Assembly (NCBI GenBank): GCA_951804945.1 | Contig: OX638150.1 | Location: forward strand, 60,884,001 to 60,948,000 | DNA length: 64,000 bases | Source of the DNA: Podarcis cretensis | Taxonomy: Eukaryota | Reading direction: 5' to 3' | Shown: positions 13,105 to 25,454 of the stretch, in pieces | Layout of the letters: each line of letters begins with the position of its first letter | Numbering within the stretch: the stretch's first letter is position 1 | Notes under the pieces: model-generated | What the model saw: the letters and a program-made list of their open reading frames with translations, nothing else | Database searches by the model: none | What the model was told of the DNA's origin: nothing | Program-made: the position numbers and the translations under genes

Positions 13105-14362
13105 ACCTGACTCAATTTACAAAACAATAAACTTGATTTGTCTATGCATCCACTCCAAACTTCCATGCCTGTTAAATAATACTGGCTGCTACTGAGTTTA
13201 TTAAGCTATGCCACAGGAGACAGAAAGGTGGAGCACAAACATACTTCTCACTGCAATTCTTACAACTGATCTCAAAATGGCCACTGTCCCATGAGCTACC
13301 TTGCTGCACATACCCACTCACATAACATGTTGGTTTCTACTGTCATTACACCAGTTACCAAGGAAATAAATAAAATATTTACCAGTATTTAGCCTGCACA
13401 GAGAAGAAGATCATGCAGGGCCCACTATAGTGCTATACTCACCAACTAGTCAAGGCAACCAGTACTTCTTGTATCCAGCAAAATGTGCTGTGCAGCTGAT
13501 TGGTTGTCCCTTGTGCCTATCACAAAGTCAAATGTCACTTCCCAAAATTATGCCACATCTGCCAATTTTCAGCTCCTAAAATTAGTGTCTCCCTCCCTTC
13601 CCTGTCCTACATCTACATGTGTTGCCTGCAATTTGCAAATTAACAGTCCCACAGGTGGAAATGTCTGAATTTAATAGAGGTTGCTGCCCCTTGCCACAGA
13701 GTAGAATAAAAGAACACACATCAGCACGTCAAAAGCCACATAATGGAAGGACTGGCCCCACTACAGCAAATAGTTCATTCTGCAAAAGCTGCATTAGTGG
13801 CACTCAGCAGGCTAAGCAGTTATTTAAAAGATTAATATTCACATCTGCAGACTATGAAGTTGTCATTATCACACAGTTTTTTCCTATGGAGTTACAAGTT
13901 CTGTTGAGTCTAAGCAGTTCTCCATTCCTCAGCTGTTATGCATTTTTATTGTTCTGTAGGAACAAGCACACATACACACATTTCTCTGTAAATCACCACT
14001 TCATATAAATTGAGGCCATTAAGCTAATCTCCTGCTCATCATGAAACCTTTTCCTGTTTGATGGCCTATATTATTTTTATATGATATCATCAAGCAAATT
14101 ATGTATTTTTAATCAGCTTGGTGGGTTTTTTTTCTTTTTTTTGATAGAATTTGATATTCTAGACTTGAAGGCAGGAGAAAACCCTGTGTTACAATGATGC
14201 TACGGTACCCAATTTCCTCAGGAAGCGTCTGTTCTAATGACAAGACTGTGTTTATACATAACCACTTGGTTTGACAATACCTTTTTGCAGTCTCCTTTTC
14301 TCTCCTCAGTTGTCCTGAGCATGTGCAACAGGTATAGCTCCTGCTCATTTTAACTCCAGTGC

Positions 14363-14483
14363 AGCCCCTCCAGATGTTCCTGAACTACAACTCCCATCAT
14401 GCCTGACCATTAGCCATATTGGCTGGGGCTGACAAAAAAACATAGTCCAACATCTGGAGGGCCACAGGTTCTGCCCCACCCCC
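14363..14483. mobile_element. Palindromic hAT/Charlie-like MITE (CCCTCCAGATGTT...AACATCTGGAGGG family)
   Basis: Internal inverted repeat CCCTCCAGATGTT/AACATCTGGAGGG; further copies near 15310-15360, 19877-19986, 38198-38324, 43785-43909, 46014-46148, 59216-59320. Confidence 0.75.
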
Positions 14484-14874
14484 ATTTTAGATGGCAAAGC
14501 AGAAATTGCAACAGTTTTAAGTTTTGGAAGCCTCATCTGTTGAATCTCTGTGTTATCATAAAGCTATTTAAGGTTACAGAAGCCTGACCAGAAAAAGGCA
14601 GCGACACTAATCCGTACTTATCTTTTGCCTCACGCTTTCTTGGCAAAAGTCTGCACTTTAAAGCTTCATGTCTGAGCACTTATTTTATGTTATTTTTGGT
14701 CTGCCACTCACCCCAGGAAAACTCACTCTTTACTGCCAAATTGGAACAAATGACAATTTGGGTTTTCTGTGGATTACCATTTGCTCCAGTTCAACAGTAA
14801 AGAGTGGGTTTTTTGTTGTTTTTTTACTTTTGGCCGGGAAAACACTAGGGGCAGGGGGAGCACTCAGACATGGT

Positions 14875-15010
14875 CAGTGCTTTTTTTCTGGGGAGGACGC
14901 AGGGAGATGCATACCCCTAAACATTTTGTGAATCTATTGAGAGGCAGTATTTCAATACGAGTAGGAAAATGAGAGTACCCCTAAACATTTTTTTAGAAAA
15001 AAAAGCACTG
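14875..15010. mobile_element. hAT-type MITE (136 bp)
   Basis: TIR CAGTGCTTTTTT/AAAAAAGCACTG; perfect 8-bp TSD GACATGGT (14867-14874, 15011-15018). Confidence 0.9.
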
Positions 15011-16730
15011 GACATGGTTCTTTAAAGCGTGGGCCTGTGCCTAGAAATGTGGCACAAAATTAAGTTTGGATGAGCCCTAACTGCCTCCTAGGAACGCCAA
15101 GGTCATAGTAATATGATTAGAGTGATGGAAAACTATACTGTTGCTTCAAAGCTTTTAAAGAGGCAGAAGGCCCACCCATCTTCTGTAATGCAGCCATTTT
15201 CCGTCAAGAGCTTGCATAAAATCAGTTCCTAACAGAGGGATAACTAGCTCTGTCATGGCTGGTTCCAAATTTTATGGGAATTCCGCACTTATTAGATGGC
15301 TTAGAGCAGTCCATCTGGGGTTGATGAGATACATAGCCCAAAACATCTGGAGGACTCCATGCTGAGGAAAGAAGCAGCTCTTAAACTGAGTTTGCCCATC
15401 ACTCTTTAAAAATCCCATTCAACGACACAGAATCATTTAGGAAGTCACTTTCCACTGCTAAAGTGCTTTTCATTATGTTGAGTGTTCAATGCCGGTCAAC
15501 AAATATTATGCACTGTAGCATATTTGGAATAGAGAATTGCAATGCAGAGGTATGATATTGCTCCTGGCAACAGAAAACATTTCCAGGAAACTGAGACTGC
15601 AATGAAATGTTATCAAATTATTGCTGCAATTGCCCTTGTTCATGGATGAGCAATGGGTCGAGACCAATACCCAAGAGGCCAACAGCCTGAGGGAGTAGAA
15701 CAAAAGCATGTGGAAGTCAGTTCTTAATGCCCCGGAGTTGAAGAACAAAAGGAGTAGATAGAGCACTTGCAGCCAGTCCTCAGTCCTTAGCTTTGAATGC
15801 CAGGATGGAAAGCCTTCCTAGGTCACATTAGCTATCAAATGCAAGCCATATTAAAAGAGAGGTAACCCCAAAGAACATTTGAGGTTTCCCTGGCTGGAAA
15901 CGGGTCCCCAAGGAGGCAACAAATGCTCGAAAGGAATCTGACTCAAGGCAGAAAACCTTTTTTTTAATGGCAAGGGATATTCTGATTGTCCAGGGATTTG
16001 CTCTAATGACAGTTTACTTTCCTTTAGCAAAAACAAACATGTCAAGCAACTCCAATGAGGTAAAAGGTTGCAGTGCAGAAAGAATTCAGCTACCAGAAAT
16101 GGAAGGCACAAAAATTCCTCAAACCAGAAGGCAGCCTAAAGTCACTTCCAGAAAAAGAATATACAGTATTGTCCTGGTTTGATTTCACACAATTTTCATT
16201 ATATGTTACCATCAAGTGGTTGTTACCCAGATCATTCCTGTAGTTTTCCATCACTTTTCTCACTGCAGAAGGTCCAGGTGATTTGTTGCCATTTACTCCA
16301 TTTAGCCGGTGTTGTTCTTCATAAAGAACCTACTGTACTTGCTTTGTGGCAGGTTATGAAGGTGTGCTCTTGTTGTGTAAAGGGTATATAATGGCACCTG
16401 CACAACAGTGCAACTGTCTGGAAGGGCCCTAACTTTTTCATACTTTGTTCTCCCTCCATTACATCAGGCTTGATAAGTGTTTTCTTATGGTCTTACAGGA
16501 GTGCTTGTATTCTTTTAAAAAGCCCTGCCTGTTCTTCCAACTCTAGGAGATAATGAATTAAAATTTACCTTTAGGGTTGGTGGAGTGAACAGGGCTGTGG
16601 AGAATAGCTGCAACAATATTCAACTTCCAAAGGGAATTACCCACTCATTTAGGTTGCAAGCCTAGACACTTACCTGGGAGCAAGTCTCATTGAACAAAAT
16701 AGGGTTTACTTTCAAGTAAACATGCGTGGG

Positions 16731-17083
16731 GGGATGTGGGTGGCGCTGTGGGTTAAACCAGAGCCTAGGACTTGCCGATCAGAAGGTTGGCGGTTTAAAT
16801 CCCTGTGATGGGGTGAGCTCCTGTTGCTCGGTCCCAGCTCCTGCCCACCTAGCAGCTCAAAAGCACATCAAAGTGCAAGTAGATAAATAGATACTACTCA
16901 GGCAGGAAGGTAAACGGGCGTTTCCATGCGCAGCTCTGGTTTGCCAGAAGCGGCTTAGTCATGCTGGCCACATGACCCGGAAGCTGTACGCCGGCTCCCT
17001 TGGCCAAGAAAGCGAGATGAGCGCCACAACCCCAGAGTCGGTCACAACTGGACCTAATGGTCAGGGGTACCTTTACCTTTACC
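16731..17083 (+). mobile_element. Sauria SINE, full length
   Basis: tRNA-like head GGGATGTGGGTGGCGCTGTGGGTTAAACC, GCAAGTAGATAAATAG core, (ACCTTT)n tail; degenerate TSD TAAACATGCGTG / TAATCATGTGTG. Confidence 0.92.
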
Positions 17084-17267
17084 CTAATCATGTGTGAGAT
17101 TGCTGTGTTACTGTGCTGGTGCTAAGTGGGAAATGTGGCACTGCAAAAATGATTGCTTTCATGTGGTCTGTGTTGTAAGTACTGTAGAATGAGTAGTTTG
17201 CAAATTGTAAAGCAAGTAATGTTTGACTAAACGCTTAAAAAAAGAACCACACACATACATTATTCTG

Positions 17268-17402
17268 ATAAAAAGAGCCCTGCTGAATCAGGCCAGTGGC
17301 CCATCTAGCCCAGCATCCTGTTCTCACAATTGCCAACCAAATGCCAACAAGAACCCCACAAGCAAAAAACAGCATTCTCCTGATCTGTGATTCCCAGCAA
17401 CT
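17268..17402 (-). mobile_element. CR1 LINE 3' UTR fragment
   Basis: GCTGAATCAGGCCAGTGGCCCATCTAGCCCAGCATCCTGTTCTCAC is the reverse complement of the tail seen at 52340-52410. Confidence 0.75.
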
Positions 17403-17591
17403 GTTTTTTTAAAAAACAGGGATTGTGGTGAGGAAGAGTACCAAGCAGCAACTCGGCTCCCTCAGCTGCCATGGCAGCTATAAAAAAAGACAAGTAGCAT
17501 GCCAGGGATAATTACAGTTCTGGTCAGCTCACCTCATAAAGAATATTGTAGAATTAGAAAATGCTCAGAAACAGGCAGCCAAAATAACCAA

Positions 17592-18030
17592 GGGACTTTT
17601 TAGTTTAGAGAAAAGGCAAGTGACACAATAGTTTATAAAATTCTGCATGGGCTGGAGAAAGTGGAGAGAGTATTTCTTTTTCTCAACACTAGAACTTGTG
17701 AACATCCAACGAAGCTGAATGCTGGAAGATTTGGGAAAAATAAAAATAAAGTACTTCTTCACACAGCATATAGTTAAACTATGGAAATTGCTCCCACAGG
17801 AGGCAGTGAATGCAATTTGGACACTTTTAAGGGGACTGGACAAATTTATGGATACGGCAGTCAATGGCTACTAACCAGAATGGCTTGATTCTGCCCCCAC
17901 TTTAGGGCCAATATGCTTCTGAATACCAACTGCTGATAATCACAGGTGAGGAGAGCCGTTTGGCTTCTGGTGAGAACTGGATTCGGGACTGGGTGGGCCT
18001 TTAGCCTCATTTGGCAGTCTCCTCTTGATG
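17592..18030 (+). mobile_element. CR1 LINE ORF2 C-terminus + 3' UTR, decayed
   Basis: GLFSLEKR motif (GGACTTTTTAGTTTAGAGAAAAGG), FFTQHIVKLW-like segment, then CR1 tail. Confidence 0.8.
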
Positions 18031-18964
18031 GTATACTGTGGTATAAACTCCACTCTTTATAGACTTTACAGGAAAAGTGGTTACAAAGTTTATATGTGTG
18101 TTGATATTACTATTAATAGTTTTATCATAATGCATAGGGCAACCACAATGAAGTGCACCATCTGCTATGGTGATGACTTAAGTCTGACAATAGCAGGCAT
18201 CCATTATTTTTAACATCTTGGTCTCCAGTCAAGGAATGAAATGGATTTTGGTCCCAACTTAGCCTATGGGAAGTGTAGGTAATAAACTGGTATTGTACAT
18301 ATGTCTGTGCAACTCTACTAAGTGCTTCTCATAATTCATGCTTTAAGTTAACTATGTGGCGTTAACACCAACTGGGGAAAATATAGCCAAAAAAAAACAG
18401 TCTACTTGAACATGATAATTCTAGTGCACACCACTATTATTATGCCAACCCACAATTAGGAGAAAGATTCAAATTTGTGCAACTATTAGAAAGGTATTTT
18501 GAGAGAGAGAATTTTAGTTACAGCAGCTGCTCTACACATTATTCTTCTTTGGGCTACAGTGACCTCCAGTGTCTGATTTTAGATGGCAATTTCTAAGGCC
18601 AAAGGCTTTCATCATTATTTTAGCACCCATTTTTTCCAACTGCCACTTATATACAAGAAAATGAAAGGATTCTCACTGGAGATGCTATACCCTTGGAATT
18701 TTAAACTGATTGCTTTCTAATTGAGGGTTCTGGAGCATTCATTTATCAGCTGTTGGTTCGAATTGCTACATGCCCTCAAAACCAGAAAATTAATTAGACA
18801 CAAATACACAGATGTAAAAAAGTACCTGAAGTGACACGGGCTAGAAATCAAGGGAGAGTACTTTAGGAACTTATCTGCCACTCTGTACTATAAGTGAAAG
18901 AAAGTCAATCAAAAAGCAAAGGTAGGCATGTGGGCTGATAGGGGAAAAAATCCAAAATCCGTAT

Positions 18965-19040
18965 TACCTTTATTAGGCCAACCAAAATGTCACAAAATAG
19001 CATCCAAAGTTTCCAAGGCTAGATGGTAAACAAAGCAACC
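18965..19040. mobile_element. Possible Penelope-like element fragment
   Basis: TTTATTAGGCCAACCAAAATGTCACAAAATAG resembles squamate Penelope termini as I recall them. Confidence 0.35.
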
Positions 19041-20689
19041 AAGGAGAAGAGGACAGAGTTTGAGTAGTGGTAAAACCATTAAATATGCACCTCATAAATG
19101 TCTTGATAGAATGTGGGACGTTGTGGTAGACATCAAAAAATTTGTATTTATAACCTACAGCATTTTAGGTCTAATGTTCCTGTGGGAATTTCAATATTAG
19201 TGATGCATAGAAGAGCTTAGTACAAGAATTGCATTTTTTTTCAAAATGTGTGATACTTCCCTTCCATCCCCTCCAGACATAATGTTGCTAAAGGAGTGGA
19301 GCAGTAGCGTCTAAAACATATGGGAAAGAATCAGATCCTCCTCCACATGGAAGAGAATGTTTTCTGGAAAATAATACCAGTCTTTTGTAATTCTCTACAT
19401 TCCCTTAAAGAAATCCCACTTTTGTGATAGAATCCTACGCCCATCCTGCTAAGTCCTAACCCAGCAACAATAAATCATTGGGACAGCAAAGCTCATATTG
19501 TCCATTCCCCTGCCAGTCCCAGGATTAGTGGGACACAGAACTATTTTCATCACTGAAAGAGAAAGAGGCTGCATTAGGATGCAACACTACACCGTGCTTT
19601 AGCATTCCAAAAATGGGCCTTCTCCTGAATTGGGGGTGGGGTGGGGATACAACCAAGTAAACATGCCCAGGATTGCACTGTAGGTGGTGGCATTTTAACA
19701 TTAGGGAAACTTAAGTAAAGTCACTTGCAGCTTAGTTGGCCTGCAGCCCTAACTAAAACAGGTTTACTGGGAAGTCAGCTCATTATACACAGAAGGAATT
19801 GCTTCCAAATAAACTCACAAAGGATCAAAGTATTGGGTGATTCATACCATCCACCACCCTGGATATTTGTCTAACACAGAGGTGGAGGACCTTTGGCCCT
19901 CCAGATGTTACTAGACTGCAAGGATGACATTGTTATGCCATCATCCCTGACCATTGACCATACTGTCCAGGGCCAACGAAAGTTGGCTTTTCAGATTTCA
20001 GGCTGCAACAAATCCTTTTAGGAAAAAGGAACACACAATGGCCAATTCACCATCTCTGGAATTACATAAATCTGCTCAAGTCTGTCTTCCACCTACAAAG
20101 GAAGCTGTGTTTTGCCTAAGGATGGAGAAAGACCTGGGTTGTGCTGTGGAGTACACAACAGGTTCATGCACACCAGCATTTTAGCTAACTAAAATTGGAA
20201 CCATAGGAAAGTACTGAGGAAAAAATGCATCTTGGTAACTAATTTACATGACAAACTACCACTTTTATACAGCTTGTATGATACTTCATATTAGTGACCA
20301 CATACATCCAGGTCACCATCTGAGCACCATTTGATAGGAAAGCGAGACACAAATTTAACAAAGAGGGGCACAGCAGGCCTGTGCTTGTCAACTACAACAA
20401 AAATCTTCAACAGATTTTTCTTTCCAAGTAAAATAAATTTGCCCATGCCATGTGATAAGCAGTGCATCAAAAATCTCAGGATTTTTTTCAAGTGACTATC
20501 CATTGCCTGCTTAGATACATGCAGGTTTTGACCTCTTGGTGTACGCATGCAGAAAATAATTAGGATTACTGACAGTGAATCATTAATAATTCTATGGTTG
20601 TATTATTTTGGTCCTACATTTCCATTCACTGTAACTCCAAAACATTGGCAGAATCAGAATAAACACAAGACCAATTTCATTTGCTCAAC

Positions 20690-20695
20690 TTTATT
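20690..20695 (-). terminator. Candidate distal poly(A) signal AATAAA with GU-rich downstream element
   Basis: Minus strand reads AATAAA-gttgagcaaatgaaa-TTGGTCTTGTGTTTATT, the canonical spacing of PAS and GU-rich DSE. Confidence 0.55.
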
Positions 20696-20884
20696 CCACC
20701 CAAATTCAATGTCCTTGAGAACAGATTTGACCTTTTGTTGTTAACATTTTTGTGGAGTTTAAATTCTAGGTTTTGCTTCTGAAAAGAAACAGAATTGCAT
20801 CACAAACCAGTTGGTCCCATGGCAGTAACCAGCAACTATAAGGAACTAACCAATAGATGTAATGTGAAGAATGATCTTAACGAA

Positions 20885-20974
20885 GGCTGCAATCCTACAT
20901 ACACTTACTTTCAAATAAGTTCCAATGAACAATGTGGGACTTGCTTTTGAGTAAGCGTGCACAGGAGTGGGCTG
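20885..20974. mobile_element. ~90-bp palindromic MITE (probably PIF/Harbinger, Chompy-like)
   Basis: GGCTGCAATCCTA...CTTAC..TAAG...GGGCTG; related copies at 16652-17108 (split by SINE), 24225-24317, 25366-25454, weaker at ~8560, ~10950, ~19740. Confidence 0.65.
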
Positions 20975-21475
20975 TAAATCTAAGAAATATTAGCATGTTG
21001 AATTAATTTGTATATGGATCACAGCTACATTTTCTCAGTCTATTTTTTTTATTATTATTTTTTTAAAAATCTGTGCATTTAAGGTGAACGCTGTTACAAT
21101 CTTCTGTTAGCCTTAAAACATATTTTATACAATATATTTACAAATTAAACTTCTTAGCATTATCACTACTGTACAAGAAAATAAAATAATTTATGATCTC
21201 ATGAAAAAAAGTTTACTGTATTCTTATGCCCACAATATATTAATCAAACAATGAGCTCATTCCACCATAGTTTGGTATTGCGTGCATGAGCAAAACCATC
21301 CCTGGGGCTTGCAGGGTCCCTCCTCCCCTTGCATGGTCAGCCCCAGTATGTAGAGGGAGTGCCGGAACACCAAGCCTGCCAGAACCAAGTGCCTTGGACA
21401 AGCTCTCCAGCCAGTCTTACTAGTGCTGGCTAGCCAGCTGTCAGAAAAGCATCACCCAATGGGATTTCACCCTTA

Positions 21476-21948
21476 CCGGCTTCCAGTTGTCATAGTATCC
21501 AAACATGGCAAACTAGGATATGCTTCAAACATAAGTCTTGCTCAACCCTGAACAGGATATCATCATCCATGTAGGAGACAAAGGGCTGTGCATGCCCCAC
21601 ACTCCCCAATGTCCCTGTGTGCATCTTCTCCACCCTCCCTGTTACTGATCTTCCTGTTTATCTGAACCTTTTTACCACTACTGACTTGAGCAGAAGTAGA
21701 AACCTCTGTGCAATCAGGAACCACGAGGGGGTTTCTATTTGTATTCAAAGAAATGCTGGTAAAAGCCCCTTTCAGACCTTTCCTGATAAACACAGGAAGG
21801 CTGAAGACTGAGCAAGAAGGACCAGGACAGCATGTGACCTTGTGTCTCCTACATGAGTGGACGTTTCCTGTTCAGGCATAACACCTGAGCAGGGTTACAG
21901 TTTGCCCATAAACCGGGATCAAGCTGTGTCTTGAGACTGGGAAGTCAG
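21476..21948. repeat. Long degenerate inverted repeat (fold-back), centre ~21711-21721
   Basis: Nested complementary blocks: TAGAAACC/GGTTTCTA, TTTTACCA/TGGTAAAA, TCTGAA/TTCAGA, CTTCCTGT/ACAGGAAG, CATGTAGGAGACA/TGTCTCCTACATG, CCTGAACAGGA/TCCTGTTCAGG, GGCAAACT/AGTTTGCC. Confidence 0.85.
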
Positions 21949-24224
21949 TTTATGGAAGTCAGTTTAGAAACTATGCCAAATAAGGAGAGAAATACATGTA
22001 CATATCTTGAAGCTAAGCTTGCTCATACACATGACACCAAACCATGGTTTCACACTGCATATAAAATGTCGCCACTATATTTTTCAGCAATGGAACATTT
22101 TGGCAGCTACCATTCTAATAGGGTTGACAGGCTATTCCCTTTTACTATTAAATAAAACCTATGAATGGCATGGCAATGTAACAGAATGGCTGTATTTAAA
22201 TAGTGCCATTTAAGAAAATTCAAAATTTCATATGATTCCAGATGCTTCAAATGTGAATCAACTTTAATTACACTGTATTATTCTATCTATTTGTCCTATG
22301 AGTTAATAGGGAGAATGAGCTAATAAGCTTTTGGACAAATATAGCTGCTCAGTTGATAAGCTTCCTAAAACAGAGTATTTTAAGTCATTGGTGTACAAAT
22401 AGTGCAAAAAGTAAAACTTCAGTTTTTGTGGCTTAGTTGTGCAATGCTAGCCACAGTCACAGTTAAATATAAAATAGGATCCAGTTGAAATGAATTACTC
22501 GGGCAAACTCGCACACAAAATTCAAACAGTGCTAAAAGACTGGGGCAATAAAAATAGCTTCATTTCAGATTTTTGTAGAAACAGTGCAGTGCTGAATACC
22601 CCTGAAGATAATGCTTTTGGCTATATCCAAAAGCTGACTGTCTGGAAAACTCCTTTAATTTTTGAGACTGAAAAACAGGTTGAAGATATGCTACAAAAGC
22701 AATTTAAATGAGAAAGATGGGGGGGGGGTACCACAGGCATACTAGCAGTTTCCCTTTGATGTCATGCCAAATTACTTTTTAAGAATTTAAGTGCATGTGG
22801 TTCAGTGATGTGAGTTTCTGGGAAAGGATGTCTGCAAAGCATTTGTCGTCACATGCAGAGCACGGATGCGTCCAGGTTTTGGGCCAACACACAACTCTTA
22901 TGGAAGGTCATCTTATCATCTCATCACAACCTGATAAGCCAGCTTCTGGATAAAAGATTGCCCAACAATTTAATCAAAGAGTATTTGTAGAAACAGATTT
23001 TTGAATTTTGGGTATCTCCGAACAGTGTCCGAGAAAACCTGTAAAAGGAGTTAGAGGACAACCAAACCTATTACCATTATTCTGACTTTTAACATTTAGC
23101 TTCAGAACATTATGTTCAGGTATGAGCAAGACACACACACAAAGAGAGAAATACAGCAGTATTAGTACACAAATACATTGTGCACTGTTTGTCCAGCCCA
23201 ACAGTACAGAAAGTGAATCACAACTCAAAGTTCAAAAAAATAAATTCAATTGTTTTCTTATAAATCCAGCAATTTATGATGTTACTAATCATGGAAGAAA
23301 CAATACACTGTTAATTAACACGAAGTCCAGAAGTGTCCTTTTCATAAAATCAAGAGAAGCCAAAGGATTTTCCCTTTTTCAAGCAAAAATATACAAGACA
23401 CCATACACAAATGGCTGATGAGAACCGGGTCCATGGTGTAAGGATTAGACACTAATCATAATGCCACCAAAATCAAAGGAGATCCAAGAACTCTTCAGAA
23501 TTATCTTACAAAAATAGCTGCATTAAAATTTGCAAGCTCTAAAGCTATTATTCTCAAGCCCTATAAAAAGGCAACCTTTGAAAGGATCTGGCTCAGATTA
23601 TCGGCACAGTACAAATATTAAAAATGCACACACAATGCGAGATATTTCAAATGCGCTTTAAAGGGACTATTGCAGCTGGTTTATTATGTAGCAATAATAT
23701 TGCATAGCTGGAAAATGAGGTCACTTGACTTGCACTAACTGCAAGTTTACACACAGAAGTGACATATACCATTTGCTAGTGGGTAAGTGACTGAGAGCAA
23801 GGCCATTTATGGTCCTGACTATTTAAGAACACTCAGTACACCGTTTTTTGTTTTTGTTTTTTGAGATTTTTCCAGATGTTATATGGACATAGGTGCCATT
23901 TCAGAATGAATCATAGATCAGATTAACTCAAAAATTCACTGCCTGTCAAGGGATATATATGACTGGCATACAGTTTTGGTGGTGAATGGAACAGAAAAAT
24001 CCATTCATGTTCAGTACATGTACATCTGTGTCTGACAACTGATTCATCACATGAGGTAAGGGTGTATTCTTAGTGTTTAAATGATCCTTCAACCAATATG
24101 AGAGGGCAAGATTTCATAGTATTTAAATGGCCTTAAGTTGTTTACACATTGCATTTCTTCATGTGGAGGTTGACGGAATAATCTTCTGCCTATTGAGTGA
24201 TTCACATCTGCTATTGTGATTGAA

Positions 24225-24317
24225 CAATGCAATCCTTTACATGTCTATTCAGAAGTAAGTTCCACTGAATTCAATGGAGATTAATCCCAGGTAAGTAGAT
24301 ACAGGGCTGTGGGGCCC
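24225..24317. mobile_element. Palindromic Chompy/Harbinger-like MITE copy
   Basis: TGCAATCCTTTACATGTCTATTCAGAAGTAAGTTCCACTGAATTCAATGG... Confidence 0.6.
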
Positions 24318-24972
24318 TAAAGACTGCTGCTATCCTGTGGAGAATCTTCACAGTGCTCTCAAGACATTCAAAGCAACAAAACAGAGATTCTCCACACTAG
24401 AGAAGTATAAATAATGCAAAGCATTAGAGCTGCAGCCCAGAACTCATACAGAGAGAGACCAGGGGCTATATGTAGCAGACTAATATCCTCCACACAGAAA
24501 GAATAATGCATAAACAGGTCCTGAAAAGAGATTTCCTACCCCAACCCTGGAAGCAATTCATTGGCTGCTGGCTGCATTCTCGGAAATATAAAGGGTGAAA
24601 CACATGTAGAAACTGCCATTTTCCTCTTTAAAATACTCAAGTGTTGAGCAAGCAACAACCTGGCTCACTTGTGTTTTGAAGAGCGATTATGCACCCTGTA
24701 TGTGCATTCTTCAGGTGTATTTTGTACTATAGTATCTGTGCCAGAGTACAAAAGGTATCATAAGATGTAGCACTGAGACTCTTTTAAGGAATTTGTTTTG
24801 TTTTTATATCCAATTAAGGGATGAAAGCCCTTGTCAAAAATAATAGAATCTTACCTTATTAACACTTGTTCAAAGCAAGTTCAGTTATATATTCTACTTC
24901 ACTCTTGATATTTGGCAAGTGATAAAAAAGCTGTCTATCTACATAAGAAATAAGTTAAGTGCTCTTTGGGAA

Positions 24973-24993
24973 ACACACACACACACACACACA
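24973..24993 (+). repeat. (AC)n microsatellite
   Basis: acacacacacacacacacaca. Confidence 0.9.
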
Positions 24994-25365
24994 CCACCTT
25001 TAAAATGCACGTAGTAGGGGTTGGAAGAGAAAGGAAGGATATACTTCCTTGTTAATCTTTTGTGGCTGCTTTCCTTAGCATTACACATCCCAGAAGAGCT
25101 GGAAGTTAGAACAACACAAACTTTCTAGGAACAAAATAATTCTTAGTTGGATGATGACAGCGAACATAACAGAAGCTTGGAGGTTTTTAGATTTGAGTTG
25201 AGCCAATTAGCTAGACCCAGCTTTCCTTATTTCCCCCAAATCACTTCTCTCTCCCTTTTAGACTAAATGCTTAAAAGTTTGAGTAACTTCAGTACACAGC
25301 TATAATAAGGAAAACAGTGAATATTTGAAAGCTCAGCAGTTAGGAAAAATGGCTGGAAGAATTAC

Positions 25366-25454
25366 CATGCAATCCTATACATATCTACTCAAAAGTAAGC
25401 TCCACTGAGTTCAACAGAGCTTACTCCAAGGTGATTATGCACAGCACTGCAGCC
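25366..25454. mobile_element. Palindromic Chompy/Harbinger-like MITE copy
   Basis: TGCAATCCTATACATATCTACTCAAAAGTAAGCTCC...GAGCTTACT...CTGCAGCC. Confidence 0.65.

Noticed and set aside
2421-20600. Exons of a neighbouring gene such as SPOCK1
   Set aside because: No recognisable coding exons found by eye; short ORFs are random or TE-derived. Small exons could have been missed without alignment tools.
21013-21029. 17-nt exact copy of KLHL3 exon 15 sequence (TATGGATCACAGCTACA, also 26732-26748) as a duplicated terminal exon
   Set aside because: No splice acceptor in front and no further similarity. About 2e9 position pairs / 4^17 gives roughly 0.1 expected chance matches per orientation in 64 kb, so chance is adequate.
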